The notes beneath the pieces were generated by a model. It ran no database searches. It was not told the origin of the DNA and saw only the letters and a program-made list of their open reading frames with translations. The translations under genes and the position numbers were made by a program. A stretch of DNA of 64,000 bases from Utricularia gibba (taxonomy: Eukaryota; Plantae; Magnoliophyta). Shown piece by piece: positions 48,829 through 63,000 of this stretch (its first letter is position 1; each line of letters starts with the position of its first letter). The stretch lies in assembly GCA_002189035.1 (NCBI GenBank), contig NEEC01000002.1:4526001-4590000 (forward strand). The letters run 5' to 3'.

Positions 48829-49951
48829 TGTTAAGTGCCATTTTCTAGTTAATTATTCGGTATTATTATGTGTTAATTATGTATGAAGTCGTCCAAATTT
48901 GGAGTGTTATTATTAAGTATTCGATTTTTACTAGAAATTTCCTTTTTTCCCATGTTGTGTATATTTTATGCCTTTTTTCTCACATTTTGACCGAGGCATG
49001 TCAGGAGACTTTAAGGAGTGTTGCAGGTGGTCAGACTCTGAGTTTTCGTGCCTTGTACGCGAGTTGGAATGATTGTGGGTGGAGGACTGACACTGGTCAA
49101 GGCCCATGACTTATGGCATGTCAGAGTCTGCAGTAATGATTAGGCGCAAACTTGCACGCAAAGAAAGGCTGCTGACGCACGCAAGACAGAAGGAATGATG
49201 GAAAGGGAACCCAAAGCAGTTAATGCACGTGGGAAGTCATATAAAAGCCACTTGGAGCACTTAGTTTCGGACTTTTGAACATTTTCTCTTGTACTTAGAA
49301 CTTAGTTTCTTTTAGTTTCTGTTTCCAAGGCCCTTTGGGCTAAAACCTTTAGTTTCTGAGAAGTAGATGAAGTTTCCGTTTTCACTGAATTCCATTCGGA
49401 TTCCGCATACTTCCACGCGTCTTGTTGCAGTCTTTCTATAATTACTCTTAGTCAAGGTCCATGAGTAGCAGGCCACTTCTCACGAATTTTGTGAAGATCA
49501 AGGTGAAGAGCACCAACTCCAACCCTGCTTGTTCGAGGGAAGTAGCAGATTGTTTGTGGACTCCTTGTCTTCCTAATCGTCAAAGGGGAATCACATGAGG
49601 CTATTCCCGTGCCTCCTTGTCAATCAGAGTGTAAGGGAGAGTAGGCTATTCCTTACTCCTATAACCAACTATTCGGAAGAAATCACTGAAAACTGGGGCA
49701 AGGACGGACAAGGGAAGGAGATGGAGTCTTATTCCCAGAAACTATTCCCGTAGTCAAGGCCCATCACTTAGGTTGCATCTTTTATTTCTGCATCTTAAAA
49801 ACCCCATTTTTCAAAACCGTGACATTTTGTGAAAGTCTCTTGCAAACACTTTTCACGAAAAACAACTCCCTGAGATCGATACTTGTACTACGCTTTCAAG
49901 TTTTTTACGTTTCAAAATATTTAAAATTTGTTGAGGAAACGACATGCAACA
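48829..49951 (+). repeat. Athila 5' LTR (1123 bp)
   Basis: TGTTAAG...GCAACA, followed by the PBS. Confidence 0.85.
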
Positions 49952-50090
49952 AATTTTTGGCGCCGTTGCCGGGGAGTTGTGTATATTTGTGTTTAGTGTT
50001 GTGTATAGTTTTTCTTTTTCTTTTCTTTCTCTTTCTTTCTTCTTGTTTTTCTTTTATTTCCGTTTTGCTGCTGTTTTTCTCTGTTTTTAT

Positions 50091-51123
50091 GCATTTAGCT
50101 CCACCAAAAGGACACCGAATCTTAAGATCCTACCGAGACATCTTGTGCCCTTTAGATCAGGAGATTGAGCGAACATTTCTGGCAAAAAAGAGGGAATTGA
50201 CTTCAATCTATCACATTTCTGGTGAAATGGATGCTCAACTACCTACTGGAGTCCCAACAATGCACGGAGAACAGGAGCAACAGCATCCGCAATTTTTTCC
50301 AGTTCTACCGCTCACTAATCATGGCCCAGCACTAAGGACCATAAAAAAAGAAATCACCGCCAGCCATGCTGACCGACCACTTTGTATCATCTTTGACACG
50401 CAAGAGCACTTTGAGCTTCGAACATATTTGTTCCAGACACTACCTAAGTTCGCTGGGAGAGAAAATGACGACCCAAATCGTCATCTTAGAGAGTTGCACA
50501 CGGCTTGTGCATCCATGCGCCCAAAAGGTGTTACGGAGAACCAAGTCAAGCTGCGGGTCTTCCCTTTCAGTCTCACTGAGCGAGCCTTGGAGTGGCTGTA
50601 TGGACTATCTCCATCCTCTATTGCAACTTGGGAGCAAATGGTTCAGAAGTTTCTTGATAGATATGCGCCATTAGGAAGAGCCTCCGCAGGAAGAAAAGTT
50701 TTAGCCACCATGCTACAAAGTGAAGTAGAGAATTTACAGGAGTATTATGACAGATTCAACCGGATCTGTAATACTTATCTACAACATGGGCTTACTGAAG
50801 GTCAAATTTTACAACATTTCTACGAAGGACTGACCCCCATGATCAGAGGACAAATGGATGCCGCTTGTAATGAGTCATTACTAGAGAACCGCCATAGTGC
50901 TGATGCTCGCAGATTGATAGAACAAATGGCTGCCAACTCTTATTCTACTTCCAGTTGTTATGACTACTCATACCGAGCCCCTGGAAGAAATTCTCATCTT
51001 ATAAAACCAGTGCACGAAGTGGATAATTCCGAAGTTTTAGCTCAACTTGCTGCTATGAGTGATACCTTGAATCTTGGCTTCCAATCACTTCTCCAACAAC
51101 AAGGAAGGTATCAAGGATCTTAA
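50091..51123 (+). pseudogene. Athila gag
   Basis: LPKFAGRENDDPNRHLREL...KLRVFPFSLTERALEWL...ENLQEYYDRF...HFYEGL; start codon uncertain. Confidence 0.85.
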
Positions 51124-51775
51124 ACCTCTCATTATTCTGATCCAGGACCTATGATACAGGAGGTGCCCACAGGAGAGGTGAACGCCTTCTACCAGAACCA
51201 AGGAGGAAGTTATAATTACGGAAACTACAAATGCCTTGAAGAGATCATCCTGGTTTCCGCTGGAGACAACTAGTGCCTCCTGGTCTCCCCATCACTAGGG
51301 AACCCTTCTATTGTTTCTCAGAAAACTCTCACTGCTCCGCCTCAACCTTTTCAAATCACTGGAGTTCCAGATCAACCTCTTGTTCCTTATCAGCCAAATC
51401 ATAATTTGGAGTCCATGGTGAAGTCCCTTGCCGAGAGCACCACCATGATGCATGCCGCTCAAAAAGACATGGATGAACGAATTACAAGCATGCAAACTCA
51501 GATTACCCAGCTGGCTCAAGCCATGAACCGACTGGAGACGCAAGGTGCACTGCCATCCCAACCAGTGAAGAACCCAAAACACATCAACGCCATATCTTTA
51601 AGAAGTGAGAAGGATCTACCGGAACCTTACCCATGGTTCATGACTAAGGTGGACAGATCTGACGAAAAAAACTTGAAGTTTTGGACGACGATGATGATGT
51701 GGACGAAGCGATTATTTAGAGCATCTTGATGATTCTCCAGTCCAGAACATTCCTGTACCGACACCACCTGAAGAA

Positions 51776-54700
51776 GTGAAGGAGAAGGAGACACAAGAGG
51801 TTGATCAACCCAAGTCTTTAGTAATTCCACCTCCTTTTCCTATGAGACTTCGCAGGAAACACAAGGACAAACGTGGATTGAAAGCATTCATGGAGGTGAT
51901 GAAGAAGGTGAACGTGAATATTCCCTTGCTGGACATGATAGATCAAGTGCCGAAATATGCAAAAACGTTGAAGGATTTATGTGACCCCAAGAAGAAGGAG
52001 AAAGTGGAAGAGGTAATTCCCTTGACTGAAAATATTTCAGCAATTATTCAGAGAAGGCTTCCACGAAAGTGTAAGGATCCAGGTATTTTTTCCATACATG
52101 TTACTATTGATGAGACCAAAATTTCAGTTGCCATGTGTGATTTAGGAGCATCGGTTAATGTTATGCCTAGATCTCTTTATGTTTCTCTAGCATCTAAGCT
52201 AGGTAAACTTGAGCTTACTAGTTTTGTTTGTCAATTAGCTGATAGATCACATGTGAAGCCTGATGGTAGAGTTGATGATGTGTTTGTGCATGTTGAAAAT
52301 TTGATTTTTCCTGCTGACTTTTTAGTTATTCCAATGGAGAGCGAAAATCCCATGATTTGGGAGTCCATCATTTTGGGACGACCGTTTATGGCTACTACAG
52401 GCACCAAAATTGACGTCCAAGCCGACATAATTTCTCTACAGTTTGATGGACAGGTGCTGGACTTTCGTGTGGACAAAGCCATGCAATATCCGGACCAGAT
52501 TAACGAGATTTGCTCAATATCTACATCTGATGTAGATGTAGAACACTTAGCGATGGTCCATGAGCAAGATCCCTTGCTCAAATGTCTTACTGAAAACTTT
52601 GATTTTGATCGTATTTCTTTTTCTGATCCTGAACTTTTAAATTATCTTCATTATTTTCCTGAAAAACCTGAATTTTCTTACGTTGCTTTTCAGAGTTTAG
52701 AAATGCCTGAGAAACTGCTGATTCCTTCCATTATTCATGCCCCATTACTAGAGTTAAAAACACTGCCTAAACATTTGAAATATTATTTTTAGGCAAAAAT
52801 GAGACTTTACCTGTTATTATCTCTAGTACACTAACCCTGCAACAGGAGTAAAAACTCAGGAGTGTGCTCTAGGAGCACAAACAGATAATTGGGTGGAAAT
52901 TGGCGGATATCAAAGGAATAAGCCCCTCCATATGCACTTACCACATCTATTTGGAGGGGGGAACAAAGCCAATTCGCCAACCCCAGAGGAGATTGAATCC
53001 ACCTTTGATTGAAGTGGTCAAGAAGGAGATTCTAAAGTTATTGGCCGCAGGTATAATCTATCCTATTTCTGATAGTGAGTGGGTTAGCCCTGTGCAGGTT
53101 GTCCCGAAGAAAACAGGTATCACAGTCATGGCCAATGACCAAGGGGACCTCCTGCCTACCATAGTGCAAAATGGCTGGCGAATGTGCGTAGATTACCGAA
53201 AATTGAACGCAGCCACCAAGAAGGACCACTACCCACTTCCATTCATCGACCAAATGTTGGAAAGACTTGCTAGAAGGATCCATTATTGCTGCTTGGATGG
53301 ATACTCCGGTTTCCATCAAATACCCGTGGCTCTTGAAGATCAATCTAAGGTTGTTTTCGTTTGCCCTTTTTGAGTTTTTGCCTACCATAAAATGCCTTTT
53401 GGACTTTGCAATGCACAAGTAACATTTCAGAGATGCATGGTTAGTATTTTTTCTGAATATGTTGAGAATATTATAGAGGTTTTTATGGATGACTTTACGG
53501 TTTATGGAAATAGCTTTTACGATTGTCTTGCTAATTTGTCTTTGATTCTGAAACGTTGTGTAGAGACTAACCTTCTTTTGAATTATGAGAAATGTCATTT
53601 CATGGTAGAACAAGGTATCATTTTAGGACATGTTGTTTCCCAAAAGGGAATTGAGGTTGACAAGGCCAAAATTGAGGTAATCCAAAAATTATCTTATCCT
53701 ACTTGTGTGAGAGATGTACGTTCTTTCCGTGGACATGCTGGATTTTATTGTAGGTTTATTCAAGATTTTTCGAAAATTGCTCTCCTCTATGTGCCTTATT
53801 GCATAAAGATGTTGAGTTTCATTTTGATGAAAAATGCATACATGCCTTTGATGTTTTGAAAGAGAAGCTTGTTTCCGCTCCCATTATTCAAGCTCCAAAT
53901 TTGAACTAATGTGTTATGCAAGTGATGTAGCTCTAGGTGCGGTTTTGGGACAAAAGGTGGATAAACAATCCCATGTTATCCACTATGCGTCCAAGTGCCT
54001 TGATGATGCCCAAAAGAGCTACACCACTACAGAAAAGGAGCTGCTGGCCATTGTGTTTGCCTGGAGAAATTTTGATCTTATTTGCTAGGAGCCAAAGTCA
54101 AAGTCTATTCACACCATGCCACCTTGAGATATCTCCTCACCAAGAAGAATTCGAAGCCTAGACTCATTAGATGGATCTTATTGCTTCAAGAATTTGATTT
54201 GGAGATCAAGGACAAGAAAGGATGCTAGAATTTAGTTGCAGACCATCTCAGCCGCATCACTTCTGGAGAAAAATCAAGTCTTATCGATAACAGCTTCCCG
54301 GATGAACACCTATTCATGATCCATGACGAGAGTCCCTGGTACGCTGATATCGTAAATTTTTTAGTGACTGGACAGTTTCCTGCAGATTTCCAGCACTATC
54401 ATAAGCAGAAATTGAGAACTGACAGCTTGAACTTCATCTGGGACGATCCCTATATATGGAAAATTGGTTCTGACCAGATTATAAGGAGATGCATCCCCCA
54501 AGATGAAGTGCACTCTATTCTTTCACATTGTCATGAGCTACCCTACGGTTGACACTTTGGTGCAAAAGTTATTGCAAAGAAGATCCTGGAGGCTGGATTT
54601 TATGGGCCTAACATATTCTAGGATGCCTACCTTCATTGCAAGGCGTGCCCAAATTGTCAAAGAGGAGGAAATTTGGGATACAAAGGATCAAATGCCCCTT

Positions 54701-55623
54701 CAACCCATTATCATGTGTGAGATCTTTGATGCATGAGGTATTGACTTCATGGGATCATTTCCACCTTATCAAGGGAAGCCCTACATCCTTCTTCCTGTTG
54801 ATTATGTTTCTAAATGGGTGGAGGCCATTGCTTGAGAAAGGAATGATGCCAAAACCGTGGGTAATTTCTTGACTAATATTTTGTTTCCTAGGTTTGGACA
54901 TCCCAAGATCATTATTTCAGATCGTGGCACCCATTTCGTGAATCATCCATCAAGAGTGCATTTGCCAAATATGGAGTCAACCACCGCCTGTCCACAGCTA
55001 GACATCCCCAAACAAATGGCATGGCGGAAATATCAAATAGGGAGGTGAAAAGGATCTTGGAGCATACCGTGAACCCAAATAGGCGAGATTGGAGCTCAAG
55101 GCTCAATGATGCACTATGGGCATACCGTACAGCTTACAAGAATCCTATAGGAATGTCTCCATACCGAATGATCTATGGTAAGGCATATCATCTTCCTTTT
55201 GAATTGTATCAGAGGGCATACTGGGCCGTCAAGTCATGCAACCTGACTAGTGATCAAGCTAGGGAGAGCAGACTTTTAGACCTAAATGAGCTAGATGAAA
55301 TTCGCCTCAATGCCTACACTAACCAGCACCTGTACAAGGAAAAGGTAAAACGCTACCATGACAGTAAGTTACATGGGAAGCAATTTTTTGTAGGTCAAAA
55401 AGTTCTCTTATTTGATACTACCTTGAAACTCTTTCCCGGTAAATTGCGTTCTAAGTGGCTTGAACCTTATGAAGTTGTGAATGTTTTTCCCTCTGGTGCT
55501 GTTATTATTCGCTCATTTGAGACAGGGAAAAGCATTAAGGTGAATGGACACCGATTGAAGCCATTTTATGAGAAGTTTAAGCCGCACAGTGTGTGCAGCT
55601 TACTGCTAGTCGAGGGCCATTAA
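51776..55623 (+). pseudogene. Athila protease-RT-RNase H-integrase, multiply disrupted
   Basis: CDLGASVNVMP protease, WRMCVDYRKLN / [16 protein letters not shown] and [13 protein letters not shown] integrase motifs. Confidence 0.92.
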
Positions 55624-55913
55624 CAGGTGTCACAGTTGGCCAATGACTGTAAATTGGCGCTGCATGGGAGGCAACCCATGACTTTAATTTCGTAACCGTT
55701 ACTATTTCCTCGTTTTTATCACCCACTACTCCAAGTGACTTTAATTTCACCTGCTCCACGGCACCACTTACTCCCTTAACCGTTTCTACACTCAATCTCC
55801 CTTTTTCTCTTTTGGCATTCCCATTTTTACTGACCGTTACCCCACTTCACTATTGTGCCTACGCTCCAATTTTTCCTTCTCTCGCCTGAAATTCTCTGAT
55901 TTTCCGACCTACC

Positions 55914-57010
55914 ATGTCTGGACGCCCCACATCTCCGGTTACCCGAAGTGCAAGTGCTGCTAAGGTAGCAACTCGAAAGCGTCAACCTGCTGCTGCTGGA
56001 CCATCCAGAAGAACCCAGCGTCGCCACACCAACAACCCAGCAGATGCTTCTGTTCCCACTGCTCATGAGCCATCTCTAGGCGCTGCAACAGAGTCTGTTC
56101 CAATTGAGGTCACACCACTTACCATATTGTCTCCGGTGCTGTACCTGGGTGGTACCCAGTCCCTGCCATTGCTACTGTTGCCGTTGCCGTAACGGAACCT
56201 TCTGAGCTAAATTCCCCAGCAGCAATTTCTGCTCCCGAGAGCCCGCAGCCCATACAGCCGGAGGAAATCGCTGGAGAAAAGGGTAAGGAACCTGAAATTC
56301 CTATTATCCACTCTCCTTCCTCTCCAGTACAGGACGAAGATGACACTAAAGAGATCAACATTGACGAAGAGGTTGATCTCTGGATTTCTGAAATAGAGCT
56401 TGCCGCTAATGAAGGGCCATGCCTAGAGTTCCTTCCTGGAGAACAGGATGTAGATGAAGCGACTCAGCCCACACAGCGAGGTAAAGGACAGCGCGGTCGC
56501 ACAAAATTCTGGCGAGACCGAGCACTGGAGTCCCCTGCTTGGACTCAGCTGAAAAACACTGTGAAATTTTCAGATAAGAATGCTCAACTCCTATTTAATC
56601 TCTAAACCTCGCGCAGAATTTTATTTGACTTCAAATTGTATACGCTTACTTTGGTGCATCAGAATCTACTTGCTGATATCAACCGTTTATTTGAGTGGCG
56701 TAGATTTTCTGAAATTAGTCTTCCAGTTTATCTCAAACTTGTTTTTGAATTTTACACTACTTTTGTGTTTGAGGATGTGGCTGGAAATCCCCTTGCTGAA
56801 AATTTGATTTCTTTCCGCCTTGGAGGCAAAAATTTTTGTATGTCTATCAATGATTTTAATGTGGCTTTAGGCTTTGTTTGTGAATCTTATTTAGCCACTA
56901 CTCGTTACCCTGCTGCTAGCTATTCAGAGTCTCCAAGAACAAGTTTCTGCGCTTTCCACGAAGCTGGACACTCTTATGGCTACTACTTCACACTCCCGCA
57001 TGCCTCATGA
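55914..57010 (+). pseudogene. Athila extra 3' ORF (env-like / ATHILA ORF-type), disrupted
   Basis: Low-complexity N-terminus followed by PVYLKLVFEFYTT...ISFRLGGKNFCMSINDFNVALG, in the canonical post-integrase position. Confidence 0.7.
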
Positions 57011-57018
57011 CTAAGGTA

Positions 57019-60000
57019 ACCAATGTGATAGGTTTTCCTTTCATAGAAACGGAATACTTGTTAGTATAGCCATCATGGATCACCTTCCTATCGTATTGCC
57101 ACGGCCTTCCCAAGAGTATGTGTCCAGCATGCATGGGTACTAAATCACAAAGAACCTCGTCCTGATACTTTCCAATTTGGAAAGCAACAAGAACTTGTTT
57201 ATTGACCTTTACTTCACTTCCTTCGTTCAACCATTGAAGCCTGTAGGGATTTGGATGTTTGAGAGTAGGAAGTTGGAGTTTATCCACCATGAGAGTACTA
57301 GAAACATTTGTGCAACTGCCTCCATCAATTATTAGGCTGCATACCTTCCCATGCACAAAGCAACGTGTATGGAATAAGTTTTCGCATTGCTCCTCCATTG
57401 GCTTAGCACCCAAGGCTAAAGTCCTTCTTGTTACCTAAGTTTCACCAATGACAGGTTGTTGTTCCTCATAATCTAATTCATGTACTTCACTTCCACTTTC
57501 ACACTCAACTCCAGATTCAACATCTCCAGAATCCCTTAGAATCATGGTCCTCTTGTTTGGGCATTCTGAAGCAATATGGCCATGGCCAAGACATTTGAAA
57601 CACTTGATATTTCGTGTTTTCCCAAAAGACTTAAATCCTCTTTCCTGGTTTCAAGTATCTGGAGTGCCCTCTTTCATCGGTCCAAACTTGGTTGATTTCC
57701 CAAATGAAGAATAATTTGGTTTCTTCTCCTTACTTCCAGCAGCATTCCACGAGGTAGAAGGTTTTGGATGGTCTCTTTGTTGTCCCTTAGACTTTTGTTG
57801 CTTCTCAATCTTGATGGCAACGTGCAACATATATTCAATATTCTACATAGTGTTGCAGCTTGACCACTTGAGAGATTTCCTTGTTTAAACCATAGAGGAA
57901 TCTTGCCATTGTAGCTTCCCTATCCTTTGTTATATTGGCTAGAATCATTAACACTTCCATTTCTTGCCAATATTCTTCCACGGTTTTGCTCCCTTGAGTT
58001 AGCTTCTGCAAGTTTTGGTGTTGATCTCTTTGGTAGTGACTGGGAATGAACCTTTTTCTCATGATCCTCTTCATTTCAGCCCAAGTGCGAATTGGTTCTT
58101 CATCATTTCGTCTTCTTTTGAGTACTACATTATCCCACCAAGTTATGGCATAAACTGTAAACTCAACAATAGCAAGCTTGATCTTCTTGACTTCAGAATA
58201 GTTGTGGCAATCAAACACGTGCTCCACATGAGCCTCCCATTCCAAGTAGGCATTTGAATCGTTTTTCCCTTGAAAAGAAGGGATTTTCATCTTGATGTTA
58301 TCGAATTCCTTGTATTCATGTGTGTGTCTAACCCTTGGTCTTTCAGTATATCTTACATCACGATTTCGCCTCCAATTTCACCATCAGATGAATCATACTC
58401 ATCACGGATATTGTTATTGTTTCTCCTTTGTTCACCATGCCTTGCCTCTTCAGCCTCAAATTTTGAATCTTTTTCTAGTTGAGAATTCCTTCTGCTATGG
58501 TGTGTTGGAACTCTTGTTCTTCCATGGGAGACACTGTCCTCTTCTTGCTTTTTGATGTTCTTTAGAGATTCATCAAGTTCCTCTAGTTTGATGTGGATTT
58601 GCTCCATGCATCTTTACAGTCTCCTGAACTCACCTTGCATTACATTAAGTACAAAACGAACACCCATAGCACCTGATTCTTCTACAGAGTTGTTAGAGCT
58701 CGACATCCTACTAAAAGATAAAAGTGTAGACAAAAGGAAGGAAAGAGAACAATGAAAGAAAGTGATGTGACCCTCTAATCTATAGAGATTAGCAACCCAC
58801 AAAAAAGAGGTGATTTTGAAGCTTAGAAGAGAACCCACCCAAGTCTACCCTCAAGAGAATAAATCTCTTGCAACCAGACTTCGAAACAAAGAAAATTAGG
58901 AGCCACACTTCAGAAAAGAGAGATTGATTGGAAGTGATAATCCTAGAACGCCACAAGCTCAAAACTTGATAAGTTAAGAGTGTTCAAGCACTCAAAGGAG
59001 AGGGGAATCCTCACAAGATACATAAAATGACCAAAGATCCTGAATTAGTACATCTCTAGTATTTATACTCTAGAATTGGGCTCTAACATTACATAGTCCA
59101 AACTAAATGAAATAGAAAAGTCTAACAAGCCCAATGCTCTAAGTTAAGTCCATATTCAAGTAGTTGAGCTCTTTTGATGGGATGTCTTCAAGCCCATGTT
59201 TGATTCCAATGGTATTGAGTAGACCCTTAAGCGTATCTTCAACCATCTTTGTCTTGCTCCTAGTCATTGGTCCTGGTGGAATCATCTTTCTTTCTAATTT
59301 GTTGACTTGAACAAACTCCTAATCATTCTTCAAATACACTTCATTATATTCCTGGGGCTCATCATCCCCCTTTCTTTAGGAAGATTCGTCCCTGAATCTG
59401 TATCCATGTCGAAAAGAGACAAATCAGCAACATTGAAAGTTGAATGAACAGAATACTCACCTGGTAAATCTAGCTTGTACGCATTATCATTAACGCGCTC
59501 AACAACTTGGAAAGGGCCATCTCCACGAGGTAGAAGTTTGGACTTTCTCTTTGTGGGAAATCTCTCCTTCCTATGATGAAGCCAAACCCAATCTCCAGGT
59601 TCAAATACAACTTTGCGTCTCCCCTTGTTTGCTGCTGATGCATACTTTGCATTGTTGCATTCAATCTGTTGTTTCACCTTTTCATGCAATCTTCTGATTG
59701 CATCAGCTCTCTTCTTGCCATCTAAACTAACTTTCTCATCACAAGGCAAAGGTAACATATCCAAAGGTGTAAGAGGATTAAAACCATAAACGACTTCAAA
59801 TGGAGATAATTTAGTAGTCAGATGCATGGTTCTATTGTAAGCAAACTCAACAAGTGGCAAACATTCCTCCCAAGTCTTAAGATTTGATTTAATCATAATC
59901 CTAAGTAAGGTAGAAAGTGTGCGATTAGTTACCTCAGTTTGCCCATCGGTTTGAGGGTGACATGTTGTTGAGTATAACAGCTTAGTGCCAAGTTTACTCC

Positions 60001-63000
60001 AAAGAACTCTCCAAAAGTGACTAAGAAACCTTGCATCTCGATCAGAGACAATAGTTAGGGGCATACCATGAAGTCTAACAACTTCCCTAAAGAAGAGATC
60101 AGCCACATGAGATGCATCATCAGTTTTATGGCAGGGAATAAAGTGTGCCATCTTTGAAAACCTGTCCACAACAACGAAAATTGAATCTCTACCCCTTTGG
60201 GTACGAGGTAAGCCTAAAACAAAGTCCATAGAAATGTCCACCCATGGTTGGGAAGGAGTAGGGAGTGGAGTATACAAACCATTAGGGGCAGTGGTTGATT
60301 TAGCCTTCCTACAAGAGATACATCTAGAACAAATTCCTTCAAGATGTAGCAAGAAGGAATGCACAGTCTATCTTTCCTATAAAGAAAACCATCTTTCCTG
60401 AAGAATAGCCCAGATGTAGCAAGTTCACATGCCTTATAAATATCCCCAAAATCGTGATCATGAACATATAAGTCAATGATGGAAGCAAATCCAAGAATTC
60501 TTGCATCAAGATTGGCTAAGAGAGTGTACCTTCGAGATAAAGCATCAGCAACCACATTCTCCTTACCTTTCCTGTATTTGATCACATATGGGAATGTGTC
60601 AATGAATTCCACCCACTTAGCATGTCTTCTATTCAGCTTTACTTGAGCCTTCAAATGTTTGAGAGACTCATGATCAGTGTGTATCACGAACTCCTTAGGC
60701 CATAAGTAGTGCTGCCATGTCTCCAAAGCTCTAACCAACGCATACAACTCTTTGTCATATGTTGGATAGTTGAGGGTGGCACCATGAAGCTTCTCACTAA
60801 AATAAGCAAGTGGACGTCCCTTTTGCATCAACACAGCACCAATCCCTAAACCTGATGCATCACATTCAATTTCAAAAGTATCAGAAAAATTTGGAAGTGC
60901 TAGGAGAGGTGTTGAGCAAAGCTTATTCTTGAGTTGTTTGAAAGCATGTTCCTGCTCATCTCCCCAATGAAATGCATGATTTTTCTTGATCAATTGGGTG
61001 AGGGGTGCTGCTATAGAACTGAAGTCCCTAACAAACCGTCTATAGAAACTTGCTAAACCATGAAAACTCCTAACTTCACCCACTGATGTAGGTGTTGGCC
61101 ATTCTTTGATTGCTCTTACTTTCTCTTCATCCACAGCTACTCCTGCATTACTTACAACATATCCAAGAAAAGAGACACTATTTGTGCAAAAGACACACTT
61201 TTTGATATTAGCAAACAACTTCTCTTTTCTAAGAGTATATAACACATCTTTCAAATGCCCTACATGTTCCTCAATACTTTTACTATAGATCAGAATATCA
61301 TCAAAATAAACAACAACAAATCTACCTATAAAAGGCCTAAGAACGTGATTCATCAATCTCATAAAGTTGCTAGGAGCATTGGTTAACCCAAAAGGCATAA
61401 CAACCCACTCATACAAACCAAACTTAGTTTTAAAAGCAGTTTTCCACTCATCACCTTCCTTCATTCTAATCTGATGATATCCACTTCTCAAATCAATCTT
61501 ACTAAAAACACAAGCACCATGCAATTCATCAAGCATATCTTCAAGTCTAGGGATAGGATGTCTATACTTGATTGTGATGTTGTTGATGGCGCGACAATCA
61601 GTGCACATCCGCCAAGTTCCATCAGACTTTGGAACCAATAACACCGGCACCGAGCAAGGACTCATGCTCTCACGCACAAATCCTTTAGACACCAATTCCT
61701 CAACTTGTTTTTGTATTTCCTTCGTCTCCTCTGGATTGGCTCGGTATGCTGGTCGGTTTGGGAGTTGTGCTCCAGGGACAAGGTCAATTTGATGCTCAAT
61801 CCCTCTAAGGGGAGGTAAGCCTTGAAGTTCTTCTGGAAAAACATCTTCATATACCTGTAAGAGAAACACAACACAAGATGGAATGGATGAAGCATGGTTA
61901 GGTGAAGTAGGAACTTCATCCTTATACATGAGTAGAATGAATGGTTGCCTAGCATGAAGTAAGTATCTAATCTCACTTGGCCTTGCTAATAGACTCTCAT
62001 TCTTTCTCTCAATTCCTAAAACTCTCATGTTTTCACTCTCTGTTTTGTGCTCATTTTCATCCTTTTTTCCACTCAATTCCTTGCCATCTCTTCTTTTTTC
62101 TCCACTTTTTCGCATTTTTTTTTCACTCATTTTCACTTCACTCATCTCTTCTCCCTTACGAACGACCACCTTGTGCTTTCCATTATCAGTATGAAGGCCT
62201 CTAGCATCACTCAGAATTCTGACTTGATCTTCATGTGCCTCCTTTGGAGATAATGGAGCAAGTGTGATGGAGCGTCCATTATAATTGAAGGAATATTTGT
62301 TCTTGAAACCATCATGAAATGCTCTTCTATCATATTCCCAAGGTCTCCCAAGAAGAATATGGCTTGCATGCATAGGAACAACATCACATAGGACTTCATC
62401 TTCATATCTCCCTATGGAAAACGTCACAAGCACTTGTTTGGTAACCTTTACCTCACTTCCTTCATTGAACCACTGCAGATTGTAAGGCTTAGGATGCCTC
62501 ACGGTGGGTAGTCCCAATTTCTCCACCAAGATGTTGCTAGCAACATTGGTGCAACTACCTCCATCAATAATCAGGCTGCAAACTTTCCTATTAACAAAGC
62601 ATCGGGTTTGAAACAAGTTCTCCCTTTGCTCATCATTATCCTTCACCCCAATGTTAAGCGTCCTTCGAGTGACTAATACTTCTCCAGAAACAGGCAATTC
62701 ATCCTCATCACTTACTTCAGCTTCTGTCTCCACTAGATCATCATCATCTTCACTAACAACTTCGCCATTGCCCCTAATCACCATTGCTCGTTTATTTGGG
62801 CATTCAGAAGCAATATGTCCAAGTACCAAGCATTTGAAACATTTTATGTTTCTGGTAGTTCCCTTTGGAGGTGTTGTTCGCTCCCCTTGCTTGGAACTTG
62901 ATTGGATGTCGAATTTGAAGTGTTCCATGGATGACTTCCCTTTATTTCTCTCCATCATCTCATTGGTGCCCCAAATTTCGAACCAGAAGTCCTCTTGTTG

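Larger units (their letters stand above)
48829..57018 (+). mobile_element. Athila-clade Ty3/gypsy element, decayed, 3'-truncated by the inverted duplication
   Basis: 5' LTR 48829-49951 (TG...CA), tRNA-Asp-type PBS TGGCGCCGTTGCCGGGGA at 49958-49975, gag-PR-RT-RH-INT, and an extra 3' ORF. Confidence 0.92.
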
